DNA of 64,000 nucleotides, from NCBI RefSeq assembly GCF_004010195.1, contig NC_057750.1, positions 1,337,262-1,401,261 on the forward strand, in the 5' to 3' direction. The notes under the pieces were generated by a model. It saw nothing but the letters and a program-made list of their open reading frames with translations. It made no database searches and was not told the origin of the DNA. Each line of letters starts with the position of its first letter. Positions within the stretch are counted from its first letter, which is position 1. Source of the stretch: Chiloscyllium plagiosum (Eukaryota). Positions 24,203-36,100 of this stretch are shown here, piece after piece. The position numbers and the translations under genes are program-made.

Positions 24203-24327
24203 AAGTGTCTCAAGACACCTGTGAGGATGGGAAAAGGTTCTGTAAAAATGCACATGTGTCTTTTCCTCTTGCAAGCTGTTTGTTGGCTCTCCCCAAATCC
24301 ACAGTTCTCCAACTTTTGCTCATATTA

Positions 24328-24628
24328 ATAGAACCCCTACAGTTTGGAAACAGACCATTCGGCCCAACAAATCCACACCAACCCTCCAAAGAGTAACCCA
24401 CCCAGACCCATTCCCCTATTATCCTATATTTACCCCTAACCTACACATCCCTGAATACTATGGACAGTTTGGCACAGCCACTCCACCCTAACCTTTGGAC
24501 TGTGGGAGAAAACCAGAGCATCCAGAGGAAACCCATGCAGATACGGGGAAAATGTGCAAACTCCACACAGTTGTCCAAGGCTGGAATCGAACCCGGGTCT
24601 CTTGTGCTGTGAGGCACAATGCCACCTA
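24328..24628 (-). mobile_element. HE1-type V-SINE
   Basis: V-domain and tail match. Confidence 0.85.
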
Positions 24629-24654
24629 AAGATCTTGGGCATTGCTTTGTTGGG

Positions 24655-24985
24655 GAAGGGATGGCCTCGTGGCTTTATCGCTGGGCTGTTAATTCAGTGA
24701 CCCAGATGAAGTCCAGGGGACCTGGGTTTGAACCCTGCCATGACAGAGGGTGGAATTTAAAGTCAATTAAAATCTGGAATCTAATGAAACTGCTGCCAAT
24801 TGTTGAGGGATGCAACCCATCTGGTTCCCTAATCTCCTTTCGGGAAGGAAGCTGCCATCCTTACCTAGTCTCCAGACCCACAACAATGTGGTTGACTCTT
24901 AACTACCCTCTGGGCAATTGGTGATGAGCAATAAATGTTTGTCCAGGCAGTGATGCCTTCATCCAATGAATGAGTTTAGAAAAAA
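24655..24985 (+). mobile_element. tRNA-derived SINE (S2)
   Basis: GGGTTTGAACCC B-box-like; tail GGGCAATTGGTGATGAGCAATAAATG. Confidence 0.8.
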
Positions 24986-24986
24986 A

Positions 24987-25285
24987 GGTGGCATGATGGC
25001 TCAGTGGCTCAGTGGTTAGCACTGCTGCCTCCCAGCACCAGGGATGCAGGTTCGATTCCAGCCTCAGGCGACTGTCTGTGTGGAGTTTGCACATTCTCCT
25101 TGAGTCTGCATGGATTTGCTCTGGTTTCCTTGCACAATCCAAAAGATGTATAGGTTAGGGTGAATTGGCCGTACTAAATTGCCCATGGTGTAGGTTATTA
25201 GTCAGCAGTAAGTACAGGGTAGGGGAGTGGATTAATCTTCGGAAGGCCAGTGTGGACTTGTTGGGCCAAAGGGTTTGTTTCCATA
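24987..25285 (+). mobile_element. HE1-type V-SINE
   Basis: TGGCTCAGTGGTTAGCACTGCTGCC...GGTTCGATTCC; TTCTAA tail. Confidence 0.88.
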
Positions 25286-25674
25286 CTGTAGGGATTCTAA
25301 TTCTAAAAAAGTTAATGATTTTCTTTTGTTGACCAGCGTCAGTGAAGGTGCTCCATTACCACTAGACCTGACTATTCAAACACCTTCTTGACTGCTCTGT
25401 CAATGAAAACTTCAAATCTTCAAAGTTCTGGGGTCTATGTCTCACTGTAAGGTCCATTTCGTTATGCTTATTGACTCTTGATCTTCAAATTCTTCCCTTT
25501 GTTTCCAAATCTCTCCAATTCTCCGGAACTTTCTCCAGCCTTAGTCACACCTATTTTCCTCTTGTGCTGGCCACTTGTGCTTTCCCGTCATTGGTGGGTG
25601 TACCTTCAGCGCAAAGTCTGTAATTCCTTCCTTGTCCCTCCCCTTCCTCCTTAAGAGCTGTCTCATTGATCTCG

Positions 25675-25985
25675 ACACGATAGCTCAATGACTAGCACTG
25701 CTGCCTCCCAACACCAAGGACCCAAGTTCGATTCTGGCCTCGGGCAACTGGCTGTGTGGAGTTTGCACGTTCTTCCTGTGTCTGTGTAGGTTTCCTCCCA
25801 CAATCCAAAGATGTGCAGGTTAGGGTGGATTGGCCATGCTAAATTGCCCATAGTGTTCAGGGATGTTTAGCTTAGGTGCATTTGGTAAATACAGAGGAAT
25901 GGGTCTGGGTGGGTTACTCTTTAGAGGGTTGGTGTGGAGTTGTTGGGCCGAAGGGCCTGTTTCCACACTGTAGAGATTCTATGAG
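25675..25985 (+). mobile_element. HE1-type V-SINE inserted in an old L2-like tail (~25430-26075)
   Basis: Head, V-domain and tail match. Confidence 0.85.
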
Positions 25986-26079
25986 AACCACCTGAACTCC
26001 CTATGAATTTGTACGTAGCGTTTCCTTGTACTTTATTTATAATACATCTGTAAAGAATCTTGGGATGTTTCACTTAATT

Positions 26080-26945
26080 TCATGAGAGTCATTACTGCAC
26101 AGAAAAAAGCCATTCGGCCCATTGAATCTGTGCCAGTCAAAAACTACCACCTCACTATTCCAATCACATTACCCAGCACCTGGCCCATAGCCTTGCATGT
26201 TTTACAACTGCACCTCGAAATCCATCTTCAATGTGATGTGGGTTTCTGCCTCTCCCACCCTTACAGGCAGGAGTTCCAGATCCCCACCACCCTCTAGGGG
26301 TAAAAGCTCTCCTTCACATCTGCGCAGATCCTCCTGCCCTTCATCTTAAATTTATGCCCCAGGGGTAGGCCGTTTGGACCATCAATCCTGCTTCCCCATT
26401 CAATAAGATCAGGGCTGATCTGTTTATGGCCTCAGCTCCACTTTCCCACCCACTTACTATAACCCTTCATTCCTTTATTGTTCAAAAGTCTCTTTATCTT
26501 TGCCTTAAAAACGTTCAACAAGGAAGTCTCAGCTGCTTCGCTGGGCGGGAATTCCACAGATTCCCAACCCTTTGGGTAAAGATGTTTCTCCTCAACTCAG
26601 TCCGAAATCTGTTCCTCCTTATTTTGAGGTTTTGTCCCTCATTTTAGTTTCACCCACCAGTGGAACCAACCTCTTATCTACTCCCTTCATCATTTTATAT
26701 GTTTCTATCAGATTCCTTCCTCATTCTTCTAAATCCCAATGAATACAGTCCCAGTCTACTCAATCTCTCCTCATAAACCAACCTTCTCAACTCCCTGTGG
26801 CCTCTTATACTTTGTACATCTTAATCATATCCACCGTCAGACTCATCTGCTCCAAGGAAAACAGCCCCAGTCTGTCCAACTACTCTTCAACATTGAGATT
26901 GTCCAGCCCAGGCAACACCCGGGTAAAGTTCCTCCCCACTTTCTC
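26080..26945 (-). mobile_element. Nested degenerate CR1-like 3' fragments
   Basis: GAGTTCCAGATCCCCACCACCCTC and GAATTCCACAGATTCCCAACCCTTTGGGTAAAG-type CR1 3' motifs. Confidence 0.7.
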
Positions 26946-26949
26946 CAGT

Positions 26950-29417
26950 GAAGAAACAGAGTGGTCATTATGGGGGACTTTAACTTCCCCAACATTGACT
27001 GGAAATGCTATAACTCTAGTACATTGGAGGATCAGTTTTTGTCCAATATGTACAGGAGGGTTTCCTGACACAGTATGTCGAAGGGCCGACAAGAGGGGAA
27101 GCCACACTGGATCTGGTGCTTGGTAATGAACCCGGTAATGATTCAGTGGTAGGTGAGCACTTTGGAGGGAGTGACCATAAATTGGTTACGTTTAGTTCAG
27201 CGATGGAAAGGGATAGGTACATGCCACAGGGCAAGAGTTATTGATGGGGTAAGGGCAATTATAATGCGATTAGGCAAGACTTAGGATGCATAGAATGGGG
27301 TAGAAAAATGCAGGGGATGGGGACAATGGAAATGTGGAGCTGGTTTGAGGAACAGATATTGTGTGTCCTTGATAGGTATGTCCCTGTCAGGCAGGGAGGA
27401 AGTGATAAGGTAAGGGAATCGTGGTTTACAACAGAAATTGCATCTCTTGTTAAGCGGAAGAAGGAGGCTCATGTGACGTTGAGATGAGATGGTTCAGATG
27501 TGGCGATGGAGAGTTACAGATCAGCTCAGAAGGATTTAAAGAGAGAGTTAAGAAGAACAAAGAGAGGACATGAGCAGTCTTTAGCCAATAGAATAAAGGA
27601 GAACTCTAAAGCTTTTGATAAATATGTGAGGAATAAAAGGATGACTAGAGTAGGAATAGGGCCAGTTAAAAACAGAAGTGAGAAGTGGTATGTGGACCCT
27701 GTGGAGATCGGAGAGGTGCTAAACGAACATTTCTCATTGGTTTCACTCAGGAAAACGAGAATTTTGTTGAGGAGAAGAATGAGGTACGAGATATTAGACT
27801 AGAAAGGATTGAGGTTAATTACGAACAGGTGTTATCAATTCTAGAAGGAGTGAAAGTAGACAAGTCCCCTGGACCGGGTGGGATTTATCCGAGGATTCTC
27901 TGGGAAGCGAGGGAGGAGATAACGGAGACTTTGCTTTGATATTTGAGTCATCATTGTCTACAGGTTTAGTACCAAAGATCTGGAGGATTGCAAATGTTGT
28001 GACCTTGTTCAAGGAGGGCACAACAGAGAAGAAGAGATTACACAGGAACTATAGACCAGTGAGCCCTGCGTCTGTTGTAGGAAAGGTTTAGGAAAGGATT
28101 ATAAGAGACCGGATTTATAATCATCCAGCAAGCAACAGTTTGACTGGAAACAGTCAACATGGTTTCGTCAAGGGCAGGTCAAGTCTCACAAACCTCATTG
28201 AGTTTTTTGAGAAGGTAACCGAGCATGTAGATGAGGGTAGGGCAGTTGATGTGGTATACATGGACTTCAGTAAAACCTTTGATAAGATTCCACATGGTAG
28301 GCTGTTGAAGAAAATGCGGAGGCATGGGATTGAGGGTGATTTAGCAGTTTGGATTAGAAACTGGCTTTCTGAAAGAAGGCAGCGAGTGGTGGTTGATGGA
28401 AAATATTCAGCCTGCAGTCCGGTTACTAGTGGTATGACACAAGGATCTGTTTTGGGACCACTGCTGTTTGTCATTTTTATAAATGACTTAGATGCAGGCA
28501 TAGGTGGATGGATTAGTAAATTTGCAGATGACACTAAAGCCGGTGGAGTGGTGGACAGTGAGGAAGTATGTTGCAGGTTGCAGGGGGACTTGGATAAACT
28601 GCAGAATTGGGCTGAGAGGTGGCAAATGGAGTTCAATACAACTAAATGTGAGATGATGCACTTTGGGAAGAATAACAGGAAGGCAGAGTACTTGGGTCAA
28701 TGGAAAGATTCTTGTTAGTGTGGATGTGCAGAGGGATCTTGGAGTCCATGTACATAGATCCCTGAAAGTTGCCACCCAGGTGGATAGTGCTGATGAGAAG
28801 GCATGCCATGTGTTAGGTTTTGTTGGTAGAGGGATTGAGTTGCGGAGCCGTAATGTCATGCTGCAACTATACAAAACGCTGGTGCGGCCACACTTGGAAT
28901 ATTGTGTACAGTCTGGTCACCCCATTACAGGAAGGATGTGGAAGCATTGGAAAAGGTGCAGAGGAGATTTACCTGGATGTTGTCTGGTCTGGAGGGAAGA
29001 TCTTATGAGGAAAGGCTGAGAGACCTGGGTCTGTCCTCATTGGAAAGAAGAAGGCTAAGAGGGGATTTGACAGAGACATACAAGATGATCAGAGGATTAG
29101 ATATGGTGGACAGTGAGAATCACTTTCCTAGGATGATGATGTCAGTATGTACGAGGGGGCACAGCTGCAAATTGAGGAGTGATAGATTTAAGACAGATGT
29201 CAGAGGCAGGTTCTTCACTCAGAGAGTGGTAAGGGCGTGGAATGCCCTGCTTGCTAATGTAGTTAATTCAACCACATTCGGGAGATTTAAACAAAACTTG
29301 GATAAGCACATGGATGATGATGGGGTAGTGTGGAGGGATGAGCTTAGATTAGTTCACAGGTCGGTGCAACATCGAGGGCTGAAGGGCCTGTTCTGTGCTG
29401 TATTGTTCTATGTTCTA
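26950..29417 (+). mobile_element. CR1 LINE ORF2 (endonuclease end and RT) with frameshifts, plus 3' UTR
   Basis: [53 protein letters not shown] tail. Confidence 0.97.
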
Positions 29418-29558
29418 AAACAAATGAAGATGTAGTTTGATTGAATTAGTGGCCAACTGGGATGCAAAACAGAATCACAGTGAAGACGAAGAGAGAGAGG
29501 TATAAACCTCCGAGTTCCCAGACTTTCACTTTGTCACAGACGTTATTTCTCTGTAGAA

Positions 29559-29625
29559 GTGTGTGTGTGTGTGCGTGTGTGTGTTGGTGGTGGTGGTGGT
29601 GGTGGAGGGGGGGGGGGAGTGGGGT
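29559..29625 (+). repeat. (GT)n-(GGT)n-poly(G) compound microsatellite
   Basis: Direct reading. Confidence 0.9.
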
Positions 29626-30359
29626 AATAAAGAGATTCTGGTCATTGCAGTGCGAGGCTTTAGCGCCAAAACTCTCACTCCCCTTTCCAACAACTGCAGC
29701 GCAAGGAATTTGCAAACGACCAGAACAGCTGCTAAATGGAACTCTCTATGTTTTATTACATAATAAGTCCCAGTTCTTCTGCATTTGTCCTTTAACTACA
29801 AGCTCTCCTGGGCCTGCCTCCGTGATCCAGGTCTGAATCAGTGTGGGCTTGATTTTAACTCATCCAAAGCTGCCTGCTGCACAGATTTGAATTCGGGCTC
29901 CCAGTGTGGGCAGGGGGTAGAGGGGCTCAATGTTGGGCTTGGCCAAGTGTATAAGAGCATCCTGGGTATCAATGATGCATTTCCAGGAGACCATTGCTAA
30001 CATTTCAGAAGAAAGAGATGAAGGCAAACTATTACATAGTTACAATCTAGTCTATGATTTATTAACATGCAGTTAATGTAATGAAACAGCGAGACAACGG
30101 GGCAGCCTCCCAACTGTTATCTACAAAGTGTTTACATAGTGTATTCCTGTTAAGTGTGAAACTGATATTCTGCAATTTTGCTAAACACTTCTCTTGAGTA
30201 TCCACTTATAAATACCAGATCTGAAGGATGTCACCACACAGAAGCCAATTTGTATTATAAAACAGCCTTTTCTATTTACATTGATGGTCCTGGGCATTTA
30301 AGACACTGCGGTCATTTTGCCTTAGTGTTGTTCAGAGATCTTGAGCTTCCAAAGAAAGG

Positions 30360-30590
30360 TTGAGACTTCCCAGAGCTCAACCGAGGGAGTGCTGCACTGT
30401 CTGAGGGGCTGCCTTTTGAAAGTGATGGTAACCAGAGAGCAGTCAGCCCTCGCCGATGTACGTAACGAAGAGGAGCTAGGGTGTTCCTCAGGCCTCACTG
30501 GCCAATACTTAACACCCACCTTGTCTCATTGTCCCAGTGATGTATTTGGATCTTGCTATGCACACATTGTCTGCTGTATATTTTACGTGT
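30360..30590 (+). mobile_element. Degenerate DeuSINE (SacSINE1/AmnSINE1-like Deu domain)
   Basis: GAGGGAGTGCTGCACTGTCTGAGG...GAAGAGGAGCTAGGGTGTTC...CTGGCCAATACTT...GGATCTTGCTATGCACACATTGTCTGC, colinear with recalled Deu-domain consensus. Confidence 0.65.
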
Positions 30591-30961
30591 CATTTTGGCG
30601 AGGTTAACACAGCAGTCGCTTCGATGGCCCCAGGGCTACGATGGCCCCGTGTCAGAGGTTCTGCTCCAACATTGAGATGTTTCTGTGACAGTGTCCCAGG
30701 ACATCCTCAGCTGAGGGAAATGGCATCAAAGTCGATCAACTCTGGGTCTCCCGCTGTCAACTTTTCATGAAGAGACTTTTCACCAGCTGCTGGAGGTTGC
30801 TGCTATCCCTGGGCTGGGTGGTGTGTGTGTTACCCCTCCATCCCTCTCGACCTTCATTGCAACACATCCTGCTGTGACCAGGTCCATCCGTCTCAGTGAG
30901 CCCATGGTGGGGGGACGGGGGGGTGGGGTTGGGATGGGGCAGAGCTATTAATGCGAGCAGT

Positions 30962-31075
30962 CCACACACACACAGGCACAGACTCTCAAAGACACACACA
31001 CATGCACAGACATGCACACACTCTCAAACACACAAACACATGCACATATACGCAAACACACACACACGCACGCAG
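30962..31075 (+). repeat. Degenerate (CA)n microsatellite
   Basis: Direct reading. Confidence 0.85.
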
Positions 31076-32654
31076 AGTGGTTTAACACACTCCTGCACAC
31101 AGTAGGTCATGGAGCACTCTCTACGTGGATCTGTGATATTGGGTCTTATTCCAATGAATGCCGTACCAGTTGTGATTCGAAGAGAGTGTAGGAGATTGTC
31201 CCTTTGTCCGTCCCAGCCCACATCACCCAGAGAGGCAGCATTGCCTGTGGGAACGTGTTGGTGAGGACCCACAGTTCAGGGGGAGAGGAACGAGCTGGTG
31301 CCCTGTGCTGCCAATGAGATCTCACAGGATCCTTCTGCTTTGTGTCCTGTTGGAGCCTGGCGCTGTTTCACCCTCACGGAGATGCCAATAGCCAATCTGC
31401 AATGACCAATGAATTGTGACCAGCATTTGCCCCCATGCCATTGGACACTGTCTACATGTTCCACACACACAATGCTGTAAATGACAGATGATGTCACCAA
31501 GTCCTGGGAAAGTGACTGAGCGATGCAATTACCTCATGGTCAGGCACAAGTAGTGTCCGTGTTCTCAGACACAGAAATCTCTCTGTCATTGCCTATTCTG
31601 GGTGTAGTCACAGCCGATTTCCAATCGCAGTTTGCCTTGGGGAGTCAAGTGAATGTGGGTCATGCTCGGCTTAGCCTGGCCAGTGGCCATTCTGAACCTT
31701 CATGTCACCTTTCTACCCAGCATTCCCTGGGCAGCCCCATTGCTATTGAGACCCCACTGGTTCACACCCAGCACCTGGGGTTACATCTGCAACTCTCACC
31801 CTTACCATTCGGGCCCCACCCCTACAGCTTACTCTTGGCCACCATTGTCACTATGCACACTCCCCACTCTCTCACACCCTCCCTCAAACCACCAGCAAGG
31901 ATGCCATTGATTGCCCCCCCAACTTCCATCCTGCTGAATCCATCATGGTCCCATCATATCCCATCCCCCCCCCACCTTTATATATCAAACCTTTCACCAT
32001 CTTTGTCCCAGGTTGCTGCCTCCAGTATCCTGCACTGGGACTCTCCCCACCCACCTCTCTGCCACAGTGGTGTACCCCTCCCTAATAATCCCCCACTCCA
32101 CCCTCCCTCTGCCTTCCCTCCCACCACCCCGTTGGCGGCTGAGTGACCAGACCCCTGCGTGGTCTGCCCGCCATCTATCCGGTTACCCTTGAGCCCTGTA
32201 GGACTGACTGTGACCTCCTCCCCAGACAGGGGTGAGCCAGACCCCCTGACCCTGACAGGGTACTGACTGAGGACAAACCCTGGGGCTCATACCTGCCATT
32301 TCCCAGGGACCTCTCACTGCTGGCAGACTCCCCCCACCCACCTCCCACCCCCTCCCCTGCCCCCTCGCTGTCTGACCTCTCCCCTCAGATGCTGAGTCTC
32401 AGCTCTTTGCAGAGTGTGCTGCCTGTTAACCTGGTCTGCCCCTGTCACGTGGTGCACGTGGGAGATTGACATAGCGTAGTGCCGTTACAACATGTCCACT
32501 CCCCGTGTCTGATCACAGCATGGAAATCTGCCTGGCAACAGCAGGCAAGACCCAAAATAAACCACCTGGAGTCTTCAAACTCTGGCTGGGGTGGCCAAGA
32601 CACCCAAAGGCAAGGCAGGGATGCTGTGAGCTTCCAAACAGGCACAAAGCACCT

Positions 32655-33055
32655 GAACACTGAGAGAGCTCTGCCCAGTCCATCGCAGGAACCAGCCTCC
32701 CACTCATGGACTCCACCTACAATTCCCGCTGCCTCAGGAAGGCAGCCAACATCATCAAAGACCCCTCCCATTCCAGTTATAATCTCTTCCAACCTCTTCC
32801 ATTGTGCACACATACCAACAGGTTCAAGAACAGCTTCTTCCCCGCTGTTATTAGACTGCTGAATGGACCTCTCTAATTACAAATCTAAATGTTGATCTCA
32901 CTCTCTGTGCACCTTCTCTGCAGCTGTAACATTGTATTCCTCGCTCTGTTCTATCACACTATGATCCTTATATGATACGATCTGACTGTACTGCACGCAA
33001 AACAAAACCTTTCACTGTATCTGGGTACATGTGACAATAACCAATCAAATCAAAA
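32655..33055 (+). mobile_element. Rex1/Babar-like LINE 3' end
   Basis: Translates SRCLRKAANIIKDPSH...HTNRFKNSFFPAVIRLLN; (CAAAT)n tail. Confidence 0.75.
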
Positions 33056-33470
33056 CTGAATTCTTCTGCTGTTTGAGTTAGCAGATTTCCCTCTGGATTA
33101 GTGAGCAGCTTCAGTTCAATGCATATGAAAATCTCACACAGCAAAGTGAGAAATGGCCAATACAGAGGAACTTACATGCACCACAATGGGGGATTTGAGC
33201 TACAAGGAGAGACTGAATAAGCTGGGGCTACATTTCCTGGAGCATCAGAGGCTGAGGGGGAAACCTTGTAAAACATGAGGAGCTTGGATAGGGTAAATAG
33301 ACAAGCTCTTTCCCCAGGGTGGGGTAATCCAGCACTAGAGGGGCATAGGTTTAGGGTGAGAAGGGAAAGATATCAAAGGGACCAAAGGGGCAACATTTTC
33401 GTGCAGAGAGTGTTGCGTGTATGGAATGAGCTGCCAGAGGAAGTGGTGGAGGTTGATACAATTACAACAG

Positions 33471-33780
33471 TTAGATTAGATTCTCTACAATGTGGAAACA
33501 GGTCCTTTGGCCCAACCAGTCCACACTGACCCTCCGAAGAGTAACCCACCCAGACCCATTTCCCTCTGACTAATGCTCCTAACACTATTAACATGGCCAA
33601 TCCACCCTGACCTGCACATCCTTGGACTGTGGGAGGAAACCGGAGCACCCGGAGGAAACCCACGCAGACACGGGGAGAACGTGCAAACTCCACACAGACA
33701 GTCACCCGAGGCTAGAATTGAACCTGGGACCCTGGTGCTGTGAGGCAGCAGTGCTAACCACTGAGTCACTGTGCCGCCCC
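33471..33780 (-). mobile_element. HE1-type V-SINE
   Basis: Full head to tail. Confidence 0.93.
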
Positions 33781-33857
33781 TTTAAAAGGCATCTGGGTGG
33801 GTATATGAATAGGAAGAGTTTAAGGAATATGGGCCAAGTGCTGGCAAATGGGTTTAG

Positions 33858-34183
33858 ATTAGGATAGATTAGATTAGATTACTTACAGTGTGGAAACAGG
33901 CCCTTCGGCCCAACAAGTCCACACCGACCCGCCGAAGCGCAACCCACCCATACCCCGACATTTATCCCTTTAACCTAACACTACGGACAATTTAGCATGG
34001 CCAATTCACCTGACCCGCACATCTTTGGACTGTGGGAGGAAACCGGAGCACCCGGAGGAAACCCACGCAGACACGGGGAGAATGTGCAAACTCCACACAG
34101 TCAGTCGCCTGAGTCGGGAATTGAACCCGAGTCTCTGGCGCTGTGAGGCAGCAGTGCTAACCACTGTGCCACCGTGCCGCCCA
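33858..34183 (-). mobile_element. HE1-type V-SINE, young
   Basis: Highly similar to 22611-22925 and 62097-62374; (TAGAT)n tail. Confidence 0.95.
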
Positions 34184-35022
34184 CGGACATGGATATCTGG
34201 TCAGTGGGATGAGTTGGACTGAAGGGTCTGTTCCTGTGCTGTACGGTTCTGTGACTCTATGACCTCCTTCGACCAGCTTGCTACGACCTGCTTTTGGCAA
34301 GGCTGCTGCTTCATGGTGTCAGCCTGATTCCTAGCTCATTGACAGTGTCAGCTCTCCAAGCAACAACACTACAGGAAGCCCAACCCAGCAGCAAGCTCCA
34401 GGGGAGAATATCCCTGGAGGTTCCTACCTTGGCAAGCTTTGATGTTGGCAATTCATCTCCAGCTTTGGACAAAATGAATCAGGTTGTTCCATTACAGGAA
34501 AGGAGCTGGAGATAGGAAGCAACATGTAAAACCATAGTCTAATGTGATTCGGAGAATTTCCACAGCCACATCTTTAATTTATTTTAACAGAGGGAAATGT
34601 TGACATTTGCTATTTGCCAGTCTCAGCTAAGTGGGACAAGTGAAGTGATTGACTCTGATAGATGTGTTATTCATTTTTAAAACCATTCAGACAGCACACG
34701 CTTTTAAAGCAATGCAGTTACTGCAGAGAAAGGGAAATAGCTGTGATCTTGAGTACAAGCCGTGCCTTAAAATCACCTCATCTTGATGTGAACGGTAATT
34801 CTTAGAAGGCAGATCGAAGTCTATAAGATTGCTGTTAAACTGCCAGACTGTGAACTTTCAGGTTGATGTGATTCTCACTCAGGGTTTGCTGCTCTTTGTT
34901 CAGGAAAGATTGGGAGTATTATTTTCTCGCTCAATCCCCTTTCTATCCCCACAGGAAGCAGCAGGGTCACCCTCTCACTGGGAAATCTTTCCAAGGCAGG
35001 CAACTGGTTATTCACCTTACTC

Positions 35023-35390
35023 CACACTCACACTCACACACACCAACACACACACACACCAACACACACACCAACACACACTCACACACACCATCATGCA
35101 CACTCACACACCAACACACTCTCACACCAACACACACCAACACACACACACCAACACACACTCTCACACCAACACACACTCACACACATTCACACACTCA
35201 CACACATACTCACACACACATACACACTCACACACACTCACACACTAACACACACACACACTCACACTAACACACACCCACTCACTCACACACACATACA
35301 CTCACACACACTCACACACACACATACACACTCACACACTAACACACACTCACACACACAGACACAGACCCAGACACAGACAGAGAAAGG
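35023..35390 (+). repeat. Degenerate (CA)n low-complexity tract (second tract at 35907-36085)
   Basis: Direct reading. Confidence 0.9.
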
Positions 35391-36100
35391 CAAACAGAGA
35401 CATGTATTGACATAAAGAAATAAACATAATTACAGATAGAAGCACACAGACACATATCAGACAGGGTTTATTGGGATATGAGCGAAATCGTGGCAAATAG
35501 GACCAGATTAATTTCCGAGATCTGGTTATCATGGAAGAGTTGGACTGAAGGGTCTGTTTCTGCGCTGTACAACTCTATACCTCAGTGATCCAATTGATCA
35601 AGAATTATTTGTAACCTAAGACAACGTTCTTCACTGTCCACTGTACAGATAACCTTGGTGGCATCCACAGACTTGCTAATCATGCCTTATATATTCGTAC
35701 CTCAGTCATTGATATAAATGACAAGCAAAAGTAGATGCAGCACCGATCCCTGTGAATCACCGCTGGTCACAGGCCTCTAGTCTGAAAAACAGTCCGGCAT
35801 GACCAAAACCATGCTCTGTGTTCTGCCATTAGCAGAAACACACAGAAACAGACACACGCATGTAGCACATTCATACAGAGACACAGACATAGTTTTGTCT
35901 TTAAGGCTACACACACACACTCACTCAGACACCAACACACGCACACTCACTCACACACCAACATTCACACTCATTCCCACATGCACTCATACACCAACAC
36001 ATACATGCACTCACACACACGTGCACACACACATACACGCACTCATGCACGCACTCACACTCACTCTCACACACATACACACTCACTGACAGAGGGTTAA

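Larger units (their letters stand above)
33188..34263 (+). mobile_element. CR1 3' fragment interrupted by two HE1 SINEs
   Basis: QRVLRVWNELPEEVVEV; resumes at 33781 and ~34190. Confidence 0.85.

Noticed and set aside
30600..32440. GC-rich block with a 207-aa Pro-rich ORF; faint resemblance to a Harbinger Myb-like remnant near 31460-31560
   Set aside because: No intact motif or TIR could be read; too weak without a profile search.
34829..35270. His/Thr-rich ORFs (also 57260-58011)
   Set aside because: Translations of (CA)n repeats.
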